Notes under the pieces: model-generated
What the model saw: only the letters and a program-made list of their open reading frames with translations
Database searches by the model: none
What the model was told of the DNA's origin: nothing
Assembly (NCBI GenBank): GCA_008932965.1
Contig: WBXG01000053.1
Span: 1 to 12,043, forward strand
Length of the DNA: 12,043 nucleotides
Reading direction: 5' to 3'
Source: Verrucomicrobiota bacterium
GTDB taxonomy: Bacteria; Verrucomicrobiota; Verrucomicrobiia; Chthoniobacterales; UBA6821
Shown here: piece by piece, positions 1-7,204 of the stretch
Numbering within the stretch: position 1 is the first letter of the stretch
How the letters are laid out: every line of letters begins with the position of its first letter
Translations under genes and position numbers: made by a program

Positions 1-565
1 TGTAGCAATCATCGACAATAAAACGAATGGGTGGTTTTTCTTTCTCATCGTAGAGATGAGAGATTTTGGTATTTTCGGCACACCATCCTACCATTGCTTT
101 AGAGGCATCAACATGGCAAACAGAGGCTCCCGCTGATGCCGCAGCGATGGAGGCAGCACCAGAGTAACCAAAAAGATTGAGTACCTTAATAGGTCGTTGG
201 GCAGCTTTTATTTTTTGGATGCACCAATCCCAATTAGGTGATTGTTCAGGAAAGAGACCAACCTGTTTGGAACTCGTTGGACGAATGAGAAAATGGAGGT
301 GGTCATACTGAATTCTCCATGGTTTGAGAGGAGAAATCTTCCATTTCCAATGACCGTGGTGAGTGCTGGAGGTCGGTTCAAACCAACCATTCCAATCATC
401 CCACGCAGCAGGATGACGCCGTGCCCAGTAAGCCGCAACTTCAGGACGAATCAAAATCTGATTTCCCCATCGCTCTCGTTTCATCCCATCACCCGAATCT
501 AGGAGCTCATAATCCCTCCATTGCTTTGGAATTAGGAGAGGAGTGTTATTTTCTGAAAAACTCAT
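1..565 (-). CDS. Class I SAM-dependent methyltransferase, RlmI/RlmK-like RNA methyltransferase family; N-terminal ~188 aa only, 3' end lies beyond the window start
   Basis: Absent from the ORF track because it runs off the edge. My hand translation of the minus strand from ATG at 565-563 is open to position 1: MSFSENNTPLLIPKQWRDYELLDSGDGMKRERWGNQILIRPEV...HFLIRPTSSKQVGLFPEQSPNWDWCIQKI...IKVLNLFGYSGAASIAAASAGASVCHVDASKAMVGWCAENTKIS...IRFIVDDCY. The YELLDSGDGxKxERxG start, the GLFPEQ segment, the LNLFxYxG SAM motif I and VxxVDxS motif II match the RlmI / RlmK-C-terminal type of methyltransferase. Confidence 0.7.
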   Translation of the reverse strand, partial: MSFSENNTPLLIPKQWRDYELLDSGDGMKRERWGNQILIRPEVAAYWARRHPAAWDDWNGWFEPTSSTHHGHWKWKISPLKPWRIQYDHLHFLIRPTSSKQVGLFPEQSPNWDWCIQKIKAAQRPIKVLNLFGYSGAASIAAASAGASVCHVDASKAMVGWCAENTKISHLYDEKEKPPIRFIVDDCY

Positions 566-578
566 TGTAATATTCTGG

Positions 579-1931
579 CTAAAGCCACGATTTCAGAGTC
601 AAAATCAAAAGCCATGCATTGAGTGCAAGAATTATTCCAGCAACACTCCATGCTGCTATTTTCATATACGAAGAGTTGACGAACTCCCCCATTTTCTTGG
701 CATTATTGGTAAAGCTAACCAGCGGAATAACGGCAAAACTGAGTTGCATGCTAAGAACAACCTGACTTGCTAGGAGAAGTTGATTCATTCCGCGATCGCC
801 CATAAACCAAACGACAATAATAGTTGGAATCAAAGCTAAAGACCGAGTTGCAAGACGTCGTACCCAGGGTTTCATTTTGAGTTGTAAAAACCCTTCCATG
901 ACAATCTGGCCTGCCATAGTCCCTGTAAGAGTACTGTTTTGACCTGCAGCGAGAAGTGCAATGGCAAAGAGGGTGCTGGCTCCGGTTACCCCAAGCATGG
1001 GAGAGAGAAGCTTATAAGCATCTTCAATTTCGGCAACATCATTGCGTCCCCCTTTAAAAAATGTTGCTGCTGCCACAATGAGAATAGCAGCGTTGATGAG
1101 CATGGCCAACGAGAGTGCTATGTTAGAATCAATACTTGCAAAACGAATCGCCTCTTTTTTTCCTATTTCGGTTAATGGATAGGAGCGAGTTTGTACAATG
1201 GAGGAGTGTAGGTAGAGATTGTGAGGCATCACGGTTGCCCCTAAAATTCCTATCGCTATATAGAGCATTCCTGGGTGGGTTATAATGTTAAGATGAGGTA
1301 CAAATCCAGCTGCAATAGCCATCCCACTGGGATGTGAAAATAAAATTTCAAGACCAAAGCAGATGCCAATAACCCCAATCAAGGTAATGATGAGTGCTTC
1401 TAAATAACGAAATCCTTTTTGTTGGAGAAAAAGTAGTGCAAAGACATCGAGTGCCGTAATACAGACTCCCCACATGATAGGAATATGAAAAAGAAGATTC
1501 AGGGCAATGGCAGATCCAATAATTTCTGCCAAATCACATGCAGTAATTGCTAATTCGCAGAGAACCCACAGTAGGAAATTCACACTAGGGCTGTAATGAG
1601 CGCGACACATCTGTGCAAGATTGCGCTCGGTAACAATACCTAATTTGAGCGACAGAGTCTGCAACAGCATTGCCATGATATTAGAAATAAAAATGACACA
1701 GAGCAGCGAGTAATTAAACTGAGAGCCAGCTGCTAGATCAGTAGCCCAATTTCCAGGGTCCATATACCCAACTGCAATGAGAAATCCTGGGCCGCTAAAG
1801 GCAAAAAGTTTTTTCCAAAAACTAAAATGTGCTGGAACTGGTATCGATCGATGTGATTGAGGAATGCTCTCTTCATTTAAAATTGTATTGGATTGAAAAC
1901 AATTTTTTTTAAAAAATGAAAAAAGAGACAT
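579..1931 (-). CDS. mntH: NRAMP-family divalent metal (Mn2+/Fe2+):H+ symporter MntH
   Basis: 450-aa ORF that is hydrophobic throughout. It has the NRAMP signature GPGFLIAVGYMDPGNWATDLAAGSQF near the N-terminus and ATVMPHNLYLHSSIVQTR mid-protein. About 11 predicted TM segments; length is typical for MntH. Confidence 0.93.
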   Translation of the reverse strand: MSLFSFFKKNCFQSNTILNEESIPQSHRSIPVPAHFSFWKKLFAFSGPGFLIAVGYMDPGNWATDLAAGSQFNYSLLCVIFISNIMAMLLQTLSLKLGIVTERNLAQMCRAHYSPSVNFLLWVLCELAITACDLAEIIGSAIALNLLFHIPIMWGVCITALDVFALLFLQQKGFRYLEALIITLIGVIGICFGLEILFSHPSGMAIAAGFVPHLNIITHPGMLYIAIGILGATVMPHNLYLHSSIVQTRSYPLTEIGKKEAIRFASIDSNIALSLAMLINAAILIVAAATFFKGGRNDVAEIEDAYKLLSPMLGVTGASTLFAIALLAAGQNSTLTGTMAGQIVMEGFLQLKMKPWVRRLATRSLALIPTIIVVWFMGDRGMNQLLLASQVVLSMQLSFAVIPLVSFTNNAKKMGEFVNSSYMKIAAWSVAGIILALNAWLLILTLKSWL

Positions 1932-1971
1932 TTGCTTAGAGTAGCAAATGATATTAGGTAAGGCTAATTTT

Positions 1972-1986
1972 ATTTTCTAAGAAAAT
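1972..1986. promoter_or_regulatory. Perfect 7-1-7 palindrome ATTTTCT-A-AGAAAAT in the mntH/pckG divergent intergenic region; candidate operator, function unknown
   Basis: Read directly: attttctaagaaaat, whose arms are exact reverse complements. It lies ~40-55 bp upstream of the mntH start on the minus strand, just upstream of a TAATAT -10-like hexamer (minus strand, about 1950-1955). I recognise no known regulator motif. Confidence 0.2.
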
Positions 1987-2016
1987 ATAAAACAGCCTTC
2001 GCTTCTTTTTCCACTG

Positions 2017-2079
2017 GATCGGTCTACAATATCTGGGCAAGCCCAGATTTCGTAGTAGATCGGTCTACAATATCCGGGC
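2017..2079. repeat. Pair of 22-bp direct repeats (gatcggtctacaatatcYgggc, 1 mismatch, 41-bp period); the first overlaps an 8-2-8 palindrome atctgggc-aa-gcccagat (2031-2048)
   Basis: Copy 1 is 2017-2038 and copy 2 is 2058-2079; they differ only at t2034/c2075. They lie 35-97 bp upstream of the pckG ATG (2114) in the 182-bp divergent intergenic region. Confidence 0.85.
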
Positions 2080-2113
2080 TAGACTCCTACTTCTGTTTCC
2101 ATAACACTGCTCT

Positions 2114-3970
2114 ATGATTCAAAATAAACCTTCTTTTGAAAAAAATGTAGAAAGGCACTCGCTGCGAAAAAAGAACGGCTCCAAAAGTTTGGATCAGATT
2201 CTCTTATTTGGGCAAAACGTTCCTTCTAATAAAAGCCTCAAGGAGTGGGTTCAACAAGTTGCATTACTGACACTACCAGATTGTGTTTTCTGGTGTGATG
2301 GAAGTGAAGAAGAAAAAGAGTATTTGAATGAACGGGCTGTTGCTCAAGGAGTGCTTATAAAGCTGGATCAAAAAAAGTGGCCTGGCTGCTACTACCATCA
2401 CTCGAACCCTAATGATGTTGCACGAGTGGAACAGAAGACCTTTATTTGCTCAGAGCGCAAGGAGGAGGCAGGCCCCACAAATAACTGGGCTGAACCGCAA
2501 GAAATGTATTCTAAGCTTGAGGAGATACTTCGTGGTTCGATGAAGGGTCGCACTCTTTATGTGATTACGTATCTTATGGGTCCTATAGGTTCTTCGATGA
2601 CCAGGGTAGGGGTGGAAATTACAGATTCTATTTATGTGGTCCTCAATATGAGAATCATGACACGTATGGGGAAGGTGGCTTGGAATCATTTGGGGGATAG
2701 TTCAAATTTTAATCGAGGTATTCATGCATTGCTTGATTGTAATCCTGAAAGGCGTTTTATTTGTCACTTTCCACAAGACAACACGATTATTTCTGTCGGT
2801 TCTGGGTATGGGGGAAATGTCCTTTTAGGAAAAAAATGCCTGGCTTTGCGTATTGGATCCGACTTAGGACGCAGGGAGGGATGGCTAGCTGAACATATGT
2901 TGCTCCTCTGTTTGGAAGACCCTCAAGGAAAAAAGACATATGTGGCAGCGGCTTTTCCTTCATCCTGTGGAAAAACAAATTTCGCAATGATGATTCCCCC
3001 TGCAAACTTTGAAGGCTGGAAGGTAACTACCATTGGTGATGACATTGCTTGGATGAGACCAGGAGAGGATGGAAGGCTCTATGCTATCAATCCTGAAGCA
3101 GGGTATTTTGGGGTTGTTCCAGGAACCAATGAGAGTTCCAATTGGAATGCAATGTCTATGATAAAAAAAGATACTATTTTTACTAATGTCGCACGTACTC
3201 CAGATGGAGATCTCTGGTGGGAGGGAAAAGATAACGCCCCTCCTTTAGGACTAATCGATTGGAAAGGTGATTTATGGGACCCTTTGAGTGCTGAAAAAGC
3301 GGCCCATCCCAACAGTCGTTTTACAGCTCCTATGAAAAATAATTCTGCATTGGCCGAGGAAGTCTATTGGCCAGAAGGGGTGCCCATTAGTGCTATTATT
3401 TTTGGAGGTCGGCGAGCCAATACAATGCCACTAGTATTTCAAGCATTTGATTGGATTCATGGAGTCTATATGGGAGCTACAGCAGGGTCTGAAATGACAG
3501 CTGCTGCAGCCGGTGGATTAGGCCAGGTTCGCAGAGACCCTATGGCTATGTTGCCGTTTTGTGGTTATAATATGGGGAAATATTTTGATCGCTGGTTGCA
3601 AATGCAATATCAGATTAAAGAGTTGCCCTCTATTTTTCATGTCAATTGGTTTCGCAAGGATGATGAAGGGAATTTTCTCTGGCCTGGTTTTGGTGAAAAT
3701 ATGCGCGTCTTGCAATGGATCGTAGAACGTTGCCAAGGGAGTGCCAGTGCACTGGAGACTCCGATTGGATGGATGCCTAGTTATGAAGATATGAATATGG
3801 ATGGCATTGCTGGTGGGATGACAGCCGAACGGTTTGCAGCATTGCAAAAAATTGATCCTGCAGAATGGAAACAAGAGCTTATTCTTCAAGAAGAATTTTT
3901 CATGAAGCTCTATCCTGATGTGCCCAAAGAATTGATCTCTCAACGAGAATTATTAATTTCAAGATTATGA
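2114..3970 (+). CDS. pckG: Phosphoenolpyruvate carboxykinase (GTP-dependent)
   Basis: 618-aa ORF with GTP-PEPCK hallmarks: the kinase-1a/P-loop region AAAFPSSCGKTNFAMM, IGDDIAWMRPGEDGRL, NPEAGYFGVVPGTN, HPNSRFTAP and FHVNWFRKDDEGNFLWPGFGENMRVLQWI. The length is typical of the GTP class. Confidence 0.95.
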   Translation: MIQNKPSFEKNVERHSLRKKNGSKSLDQILLFGQNVPSNKSLKEWVQQVALLTLPDCVFWCDGSEEEKEYLNERAVAQGVLIKLDQKKWPGCYYHHSNPNDVARVEQKTFICSERKEEAGPTNNWAEPQEMYSKLEEILRGSMKGRTLYVITYLMGPIGSSMTRVGVEITDSIYVVLNMRIMTRMGKVAWNHLGDSSNFNRGIHALLDCNPERRFICHFPQDNTIISVGSGYGGNVLLGKKCLALRIGSDLGRREGWLAEHMLLLCLEDPQGKKTYVAAAFPSSCGKTNFAMMIPPANFEGWKVTTIGDDIAWMRPGEDGRLYAINPEAGYFGVVPGTNESSNWNAMSMIKKDTIFTNVARTPDGDLWWEGKDNAPPLGLIDWKGDLWDPLSAEKAAHPNSRFTAPMKNNSALAEEVYWPEGVPISAIIFGGRRANTMPLVFQAFDWIHGVYMGATAGSEMTAAAAGGLGQVRRDPMAMLPFCGYNMGKYFDRWLQMQYQIKELPSIFHVNWFRKDDEGNFLWPGFGENMRVLQWIVERCQGSASALETPIGWMPSYEDMNMDGIAGGMTAERFAALQKIDPAEWKQELILQEEFFMKLYPDVPKELISQRELLISRL

Positions 3971-4872
3971 AGAAAAAATACCAATTCATGATGGTGCTCT
4001 GTTGTTTTTTTCAACTGCTTCATACCTCTTTTGCTTTAGCTGATACAATTCCTCCGAGTGACCCTTCTTCAGTGCCGATGCATCCACGTCCTGCTGACTG
4101 GAAGGTGATTTTTAATCGTGTCGTTTCCCTTTTTCATCATGATGGTGAATCATCAGAACATTCATCTAAAAAAATGAAGGGCCTTGCTCGCGCGGTGAGT
4201 TCTTTTCAGCCTTCCTGCGTGCTAGGTCTGCTACCTGTTTCTGATGAGGCCACTCTTAGCATGGAACAAGTAGACACATTTTGTTTTCTTCGTAAAGAAA
4301 TAGCGTCAACGAATCCTCATTGTAAATTTGAGGCGACCCTAAATCTGACACGATATCCAACAGCATCTGCACTCCTTTCAAAACTTCAAGAGATCAGTTT
4401 GAAAATTGCACCAGATATTTTTCTACTGGTTGTTCCTAAAAATAATGAGGTTGTTTACCCTTCTGTCTTGGCTAAGGGAATTGAGTACATTCACGAACAT
4501 GGTCAAGTCGTAGGATATGAAGGTCCAACCTCCATGATTCCTGATGGGATCGATTTTTTAATGATTTGTGCAGAGAATGGAATCATTCATCGAGAGGAAA
4601 TTGCTTCGCTGCGGATGAAACATCGTCTTCCTATTCTTGTTCGAGTTAATAAGTCGTTTTGGCATGAGAGTTCAACTTCATCAGAGCAGCATACTACCGA
4701 GGTGGAACAGGCAAAGTTACTCATACATCTTGCCGAGGAACAAAATGCCTTTGGATATCATTTTGTCTATCCCGTTCTCTCTGCCCTAGCCATGCGACAA
4801 CATGACTTTCATGATGCTGCAGAAAGTTCTTTGTTAGTGAGGATGAGAGCGTTGATGATGCGTTTTAATTAG
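3967..4872 (+). CDS. Hypothetical exported protein (N-terminal signal peptide), no family recognised
   Basis: 301-aa ORF. Its ATG overlaps the pckG stop (ATGA at 3967-3970), which suggests translational coupling. The N-terminus MKKKYQFMMVLCCFFQLLHTSFA/LADT has a positive n-region, a hydrophobic core and an A-x-A-like cleavage site. The rest is soluble-looking and I can name no motif in it. Confidence 0.6.
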   Translation: MKKKYQFMMVLCCFFQLLHTSFALADTIPPSDPSSVPMHPRPADWKVIFNRVVSLFHHDGESSEHSSKKMKGLARAVSSFQPSCVLGLLPVSDEATLSMEQVDTFCFLRKEIASTNPHCKFEATLNLTRYPTASALLSKLQEISLKIAPDIFLLVVPKNNEVVYPSVLAKGIEYIHEHGQVVGYEGPTSMIPDGIDFLMICAENGIIHREEIASLRMKHRLPILVRVNKSFWHESSTSSEQHTTEVEQAKLLIHLAEEQNAFGYHFVYPVLSALAMRQHDFHDAAESSLLVRMRALMMRFN

Positions 4873-4885
4873 AGCCTGTTACGTA

Positions 4886-5048
4886 TAGAGCATTTTAAAA
4901 AGAGTTATAGCCGCGTATTGCGTCGTCACTCCGAACGTCATCCCCGCGAAAGAGGGGATCGCGTCCTCGAGTATCGCTGGCTACACTGCGGGTCTCCGCT
5001 CCTCATTCCTGGCACTACATCGGCTATAACTCTTTTTAAAACGCTCTA
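4886..5048. repeat. 163-bp inverted-repeat element: 28-bp terminal inverted repeats (27/28 complementary) flanking a 107-bp GC-rich core; MITE-like, structured-RNA or bidirectional-terminator candidate
   Basis: The left arm 4886-4913 is tagagcattttaaaaagagttatagccg. The right arm 5021-5048 is cggctataactctttttaaaacgctcta, whose reverse complement differs at one base. The core is ~60% G+C by my hand count against an AT-rich background. It contains a hairpin atcccc-gcgaaaga-ggggat at 4940-4959. The element lies between convergent genes (3967-4872 + and 5261-5539 -). Confidence 0.6.
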
Positions 5049-5236
5049 GCCAAATTGCTTTGAAATTGCAAAAAATAGACTTGTTATTTTCAAGGAATAG
5101 CTTCGTTCTCATCACGTCACGTTATCTTTGGATAGCGCTTTGTCTGGCCTTGCTTTTTCTAAAAAATCCTGAATTCTTTCACATATTTTCAAAGTAATTT
5201 GACTATAGTGCCCGAACGCATTCTTTTTTAAAGCAA

Positions 5237-5264
5237 GGAATGGAACCTATGGAATGGAACCTAT
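5237..5264. repeat. Exact 14-bp tandem duplication (ggaatggaacctat x2) overlapping the stop codon of the 5261-5539 ORF
   Basis: Read directly: 5237-5250 is identical to 5251-5264. Confidence 0.9.
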
Positions 5265-5539
5265 TTTTGTATTGGTATTTGAAATTCCGATGTGAGGTCA
5301 TGGAACACTTTTGTCTCTTTTACAATGGGAAATGCAACATGAAATAAGATAGCTATGACAAAGATACATCCTGTTAGAATGTAAGAAAATGAGAGCATGA
5401 CATCAAGGCATCCCAAAAAAAGTGGAATCAGAGCCGCCAGAAGGCATTGTGTTGGAGATAGACCTAATAATCCTACCGAAAAATACATAACCCCTGCAAT
5501 AGCAGTGGATCTAAGACAACGAAAAACAATAGACTCCAT
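5261..5539 (-). CDS. Hypothetical small membrane protein (about 3 TM helices)
   Basis: 92-aa ORF with three hydrophobic stretches: STAIAGVMYFSVGLLGL, LLAALIPLFLGCLDVML and ILTGCIFVIAILFHVAFPIV. I recognise no homolog, and it is short, so coding status is uncertain. Confidence 0.4.
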   Translation of the reverse strand: MESIVFRCLRSTAIAGVMYFSVGLLGLSPTQCLLAALIPLFLGCLDVMLSFSYILTGCIFVIAILFHVAFPIVKETKVFHDLTSEFQIPIQK

Positions 5540-5654
5540 AAATCAAAAAATTAGGAATAAGATTAGAAACGAATTTTAAGCGCACATTGAAACTGGGTTT
5601 TCTTAAATGTGCAAGTTGTAAAAGCGCTCTCTGTTACTTTATAGAGAATAGTTC

Positions 5655-6551
5655 TCAAAAGCGTTGTTTCTGTTTTTTATTTGAATACCTCAATAAGAGT
5701 TTAGAAAGAAATTTTTGAGGATTGAAATCAAGCTGGTAAACTTTAGCAGCTGTTCGAAGAGCACTGCGATACTTCTTTAAACGTAGTAATAGAGCTATTC
5801 GAGTATGGTAATGAACAGAGCATTCTGGTTCTTTTGCGATAATCTGATCGAGCGCCGAGATGGCTTCTGTAAGCTTATGAGGATCTTCTGGGCCTTCGCG
5901 TTCTGCTAACAAGCCAACGAGTACTATTTGATCTTCAAGGAGTTCTGTAAAACCGGCAGGTTGAGGAGAGGGGGATGCTTTATCATTATTATCTACTTCC
6001 AATTCCTTTTTAAAAGAGATTATCTCACGAGCAGCCTCAATGCGTTGCTGTAATTCAGGAGCATGCTTGCGAGTATAAGAGAGCTGCTCAAGGAGTCGTT
6101 CTTGAATCCTTTTTTGATCTGCTCGCAACTCTTCCACTTCAGGAAGCAATTGCCTTGTTCTTTTCATCGATAGTAACGCTTCCTTAAACCGATGTTGACG
6201 TTCGAGTAGACTCGTTTTAAAGCGATGATAATTTCCATTATTGGGAAAAAGCTCCAGTGGCTTTTCTAGATAACCTATCGCTTCTTCAAGATATTCTTCG
6301 TTTGCTAAGAGATGGGCTAAAGCGACCAGATCTTCCGGGTCATTGTCAGAACACCAAAGAGCCCCAGTGGCCTTTTCAACAGCATCAGTGATGTTTTTAG
6401 CATTATTACGTTCCTGGCGGTACTTGAGCAATAAAAGCCGACGCGCGGTGATATCTAAAAGATCAATGGAGTAATGTGGATCACGAACCAGCGTATCGGC
6501 AATTAACTTTAAGATGGGTTCATTTTCTTCGAGGAGCTCTTGAGTAAACAT
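5655..6551 (-). CDS. TPR-like all-helical repeat protein with a central coiled-coil/charged segment; hypothetical
   Basis: 298-aa ORF starting 15 bp downstream of the preceding cluster gene. TPR-like units include EEYLEEAIGYLEKPLELFPNNGNYHRFKTSLLERQHRFKEALLSMKRTRQLLP and ISALDQIIAKEPECSVHYHTRIALLLRLKKYRSALRTAAKVYQLDFNP. They are separated by a charged helical stretch and an SPSPQP linker. Confidence 0.65.
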   Translation of the reverse strand: MFTQELLEENEPILKLIADTLVRDPHYSIDLLDITARRLLLLKYRQERNNAKNITDAVEKATGALWCSDNDPEDLVALAHLLANEEYLEEAIGYLEKPLELFPNNGNYHRFKTSLLERQHRFKEALLSMKRTRQLLPEVEELRADQKRIQERLLEQLSYTRKHAPELQQRIEAAREIISFKKELEVDNNDKASPSPQPAGFTELLEDQIVLVGLLAEREGPEDPHKLTEAISALDQIIAKEPECSVHYHTRIALLLRLKKYRSALRTAAKVYQLDFNPQKFLSKLLLRYSNKKQKQRF

Positions 6552-6566
6552 TAGCGTATTTTTAGG

Positions 6567-7172
6567 CTAGCTAGGATCAGTAGAATATGGCATAAGGTCT
6601 AAAATAACTTGTTGTTTAGAAAAAGAAGTATCGACTATAAACGCTGCCATTCTTCCAGCTTTCTTAGTTACTTTAAGATGTTTTTCTACCAAGTGATAGT
6701 GAGGGCGATCATAATAGTCATCAAACAAGATAATAGTTCCCAATTTTGAAAAAATTAAACTTGCTAAAAAACTAGCAGCGCGAAATCGCCCATCGATGAG
6801 AATCAGATCAGGCAATTCTGATGAAGCTAACATTTCTTTCCAAGCTGTTATACAGTAGTTAGGCCAATTCTTCATTAGTGAATGATCTGCTGGGTGGCCC
6901 CATTCTTTTGTTGGGCCAATATTTGAATAGTAAATCTTAAGATCAATTTTCGGATAGAGCTCCTGGGTTTTTTGTTGAACTGCCTGTAAAAAATGAAGGT
7001 CGGAGTCAATCGAATGGATTGTTGAAACACCACACTCCGCTGCAAAGAGAGTGCTGCCTCCAGATCCATATTCAAGATAAACTTTTGTTTTTTGAAGAGA
7101 TTCTTTAAGGAGATCTATTCCTTCTCGTTCCATGTGTGGGAGTAAAGGGATAATAGGGTTGTTTGGATTCAT
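6567..7172 (-). CDS. Class I SAM-dependent methyltransferase-fold protein (Methyltransf_24/DUF579-like), probable sugar O-methyltransferase
   Basis: 201-aa ORF. The glycine-rich motif I is VYLEYGSGGSTLFAAE, followed by IHSIDSD (an acidic residue ending beta-2) and the later DLILIDGRFRAASF block. This arrangement is typical of small polysaccharide-associated O-methyltransferase-like proteins. The subfamily assignment is from memory and not verified. Confidence 0.6.
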   Translation of the reverse strand: MNPNNPIIPLLPHMEREGIDLLKESLQKTKVYLEYGSGGSTLFAAECGVSTIHSIDSDLHFLQAVQQKTQELYPKIDLKIYYSNIGPTKEWGHPADHSLMKNWPNYCITAWKEMLASSELPDLILIDGRFRAASFLASLIFSKLGTIILFDDYYDRPHYHLVEKHLKVTKKAGRMAAFIVDTSFSKQQVILDLMPYSTDPS

Positions 7173-7204
7173 TTTTATTTATTTATCAAAATAAGTGTCT
7201 TATT

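Noticed and set aside
208-502. Track ORFs 208-438 (-) and 242-502 (+)
   Set aside because: Both lie inside the 1-565 minus-strand methyltransferase ORF, which has clear family motifs, and both are in other frames. Their products are low-complexity and motif-free.
543-1175. Track ORFs 543-773 (+) and 939-1175 (+)
   Set aside because: They are antisense to the well-supported mntH ORF. Their translations are Cys/Asn/Lys-rich nonsense typical of shadow frames.
1941-1960. Fur/MntR box upstream of mntH (gcaaatgatattaggtaagg)
   Set aside because: It has only a short partial resemblance (aatgatatt) to the GATAATGATAATCATTATC Fur consensus and none to the MntR boxes I can recall. That is too weak to call.
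2017-2079. Mini-CRISPR or attachment-site interpretation of the two 22-bp direct repeats
   Set aside because: There are only two copies, no cas or integrase genes are in the window, and the location is a divergent promoter region. Regulatory sites or repeat debris are more parsimonious.
2450-3943. Four minus-strand ORFs (2450-2689, 2787-3005, 3079-3312, 3518-3943)
   Set aside because: All are antisense shadow ORFs within pckG, whose protein is unmistakable. No independent signals support them.
4914-5020. tRNA or other known small RNA gene in the GC-rich core of the inverted-repeat element
   Set aside because: There is no T-loop (GTTCRANYC) or D-loop consensus and no cloverleaf I could fold by eye. 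I recognise no riboswitch or RNase P/tmRNA/SRP motif.
5397-5579. Plus-strand 60-aa ORF
   Set aside because: It is antisense to the hydrophobic 5261-5539 ORF. The product is highly basic and low-complexity (RHPKKSGIRAARRH...), and no downstream plus-strand gene context exists. Neither ORF is strongly supported, but the membrane-like one is more protein-like.
5580-5625. Hairpin gcacatt-N17-aatgtgc as a terminator of the TPR gene
   Set aside because: It has a 7-bp AT-rich stem with a 17-nt loop and no following U-tract on the minus strand, so it is not convincing as an intrinsic terminator.
6875-7075. Minus-strand 66-aa ORF nested in 6567-7172
   Set aside because: It sits in an alternative frame of the methyltransferase-fold gene, which carries the recognisable GxGxS and IDGRFR blocks.
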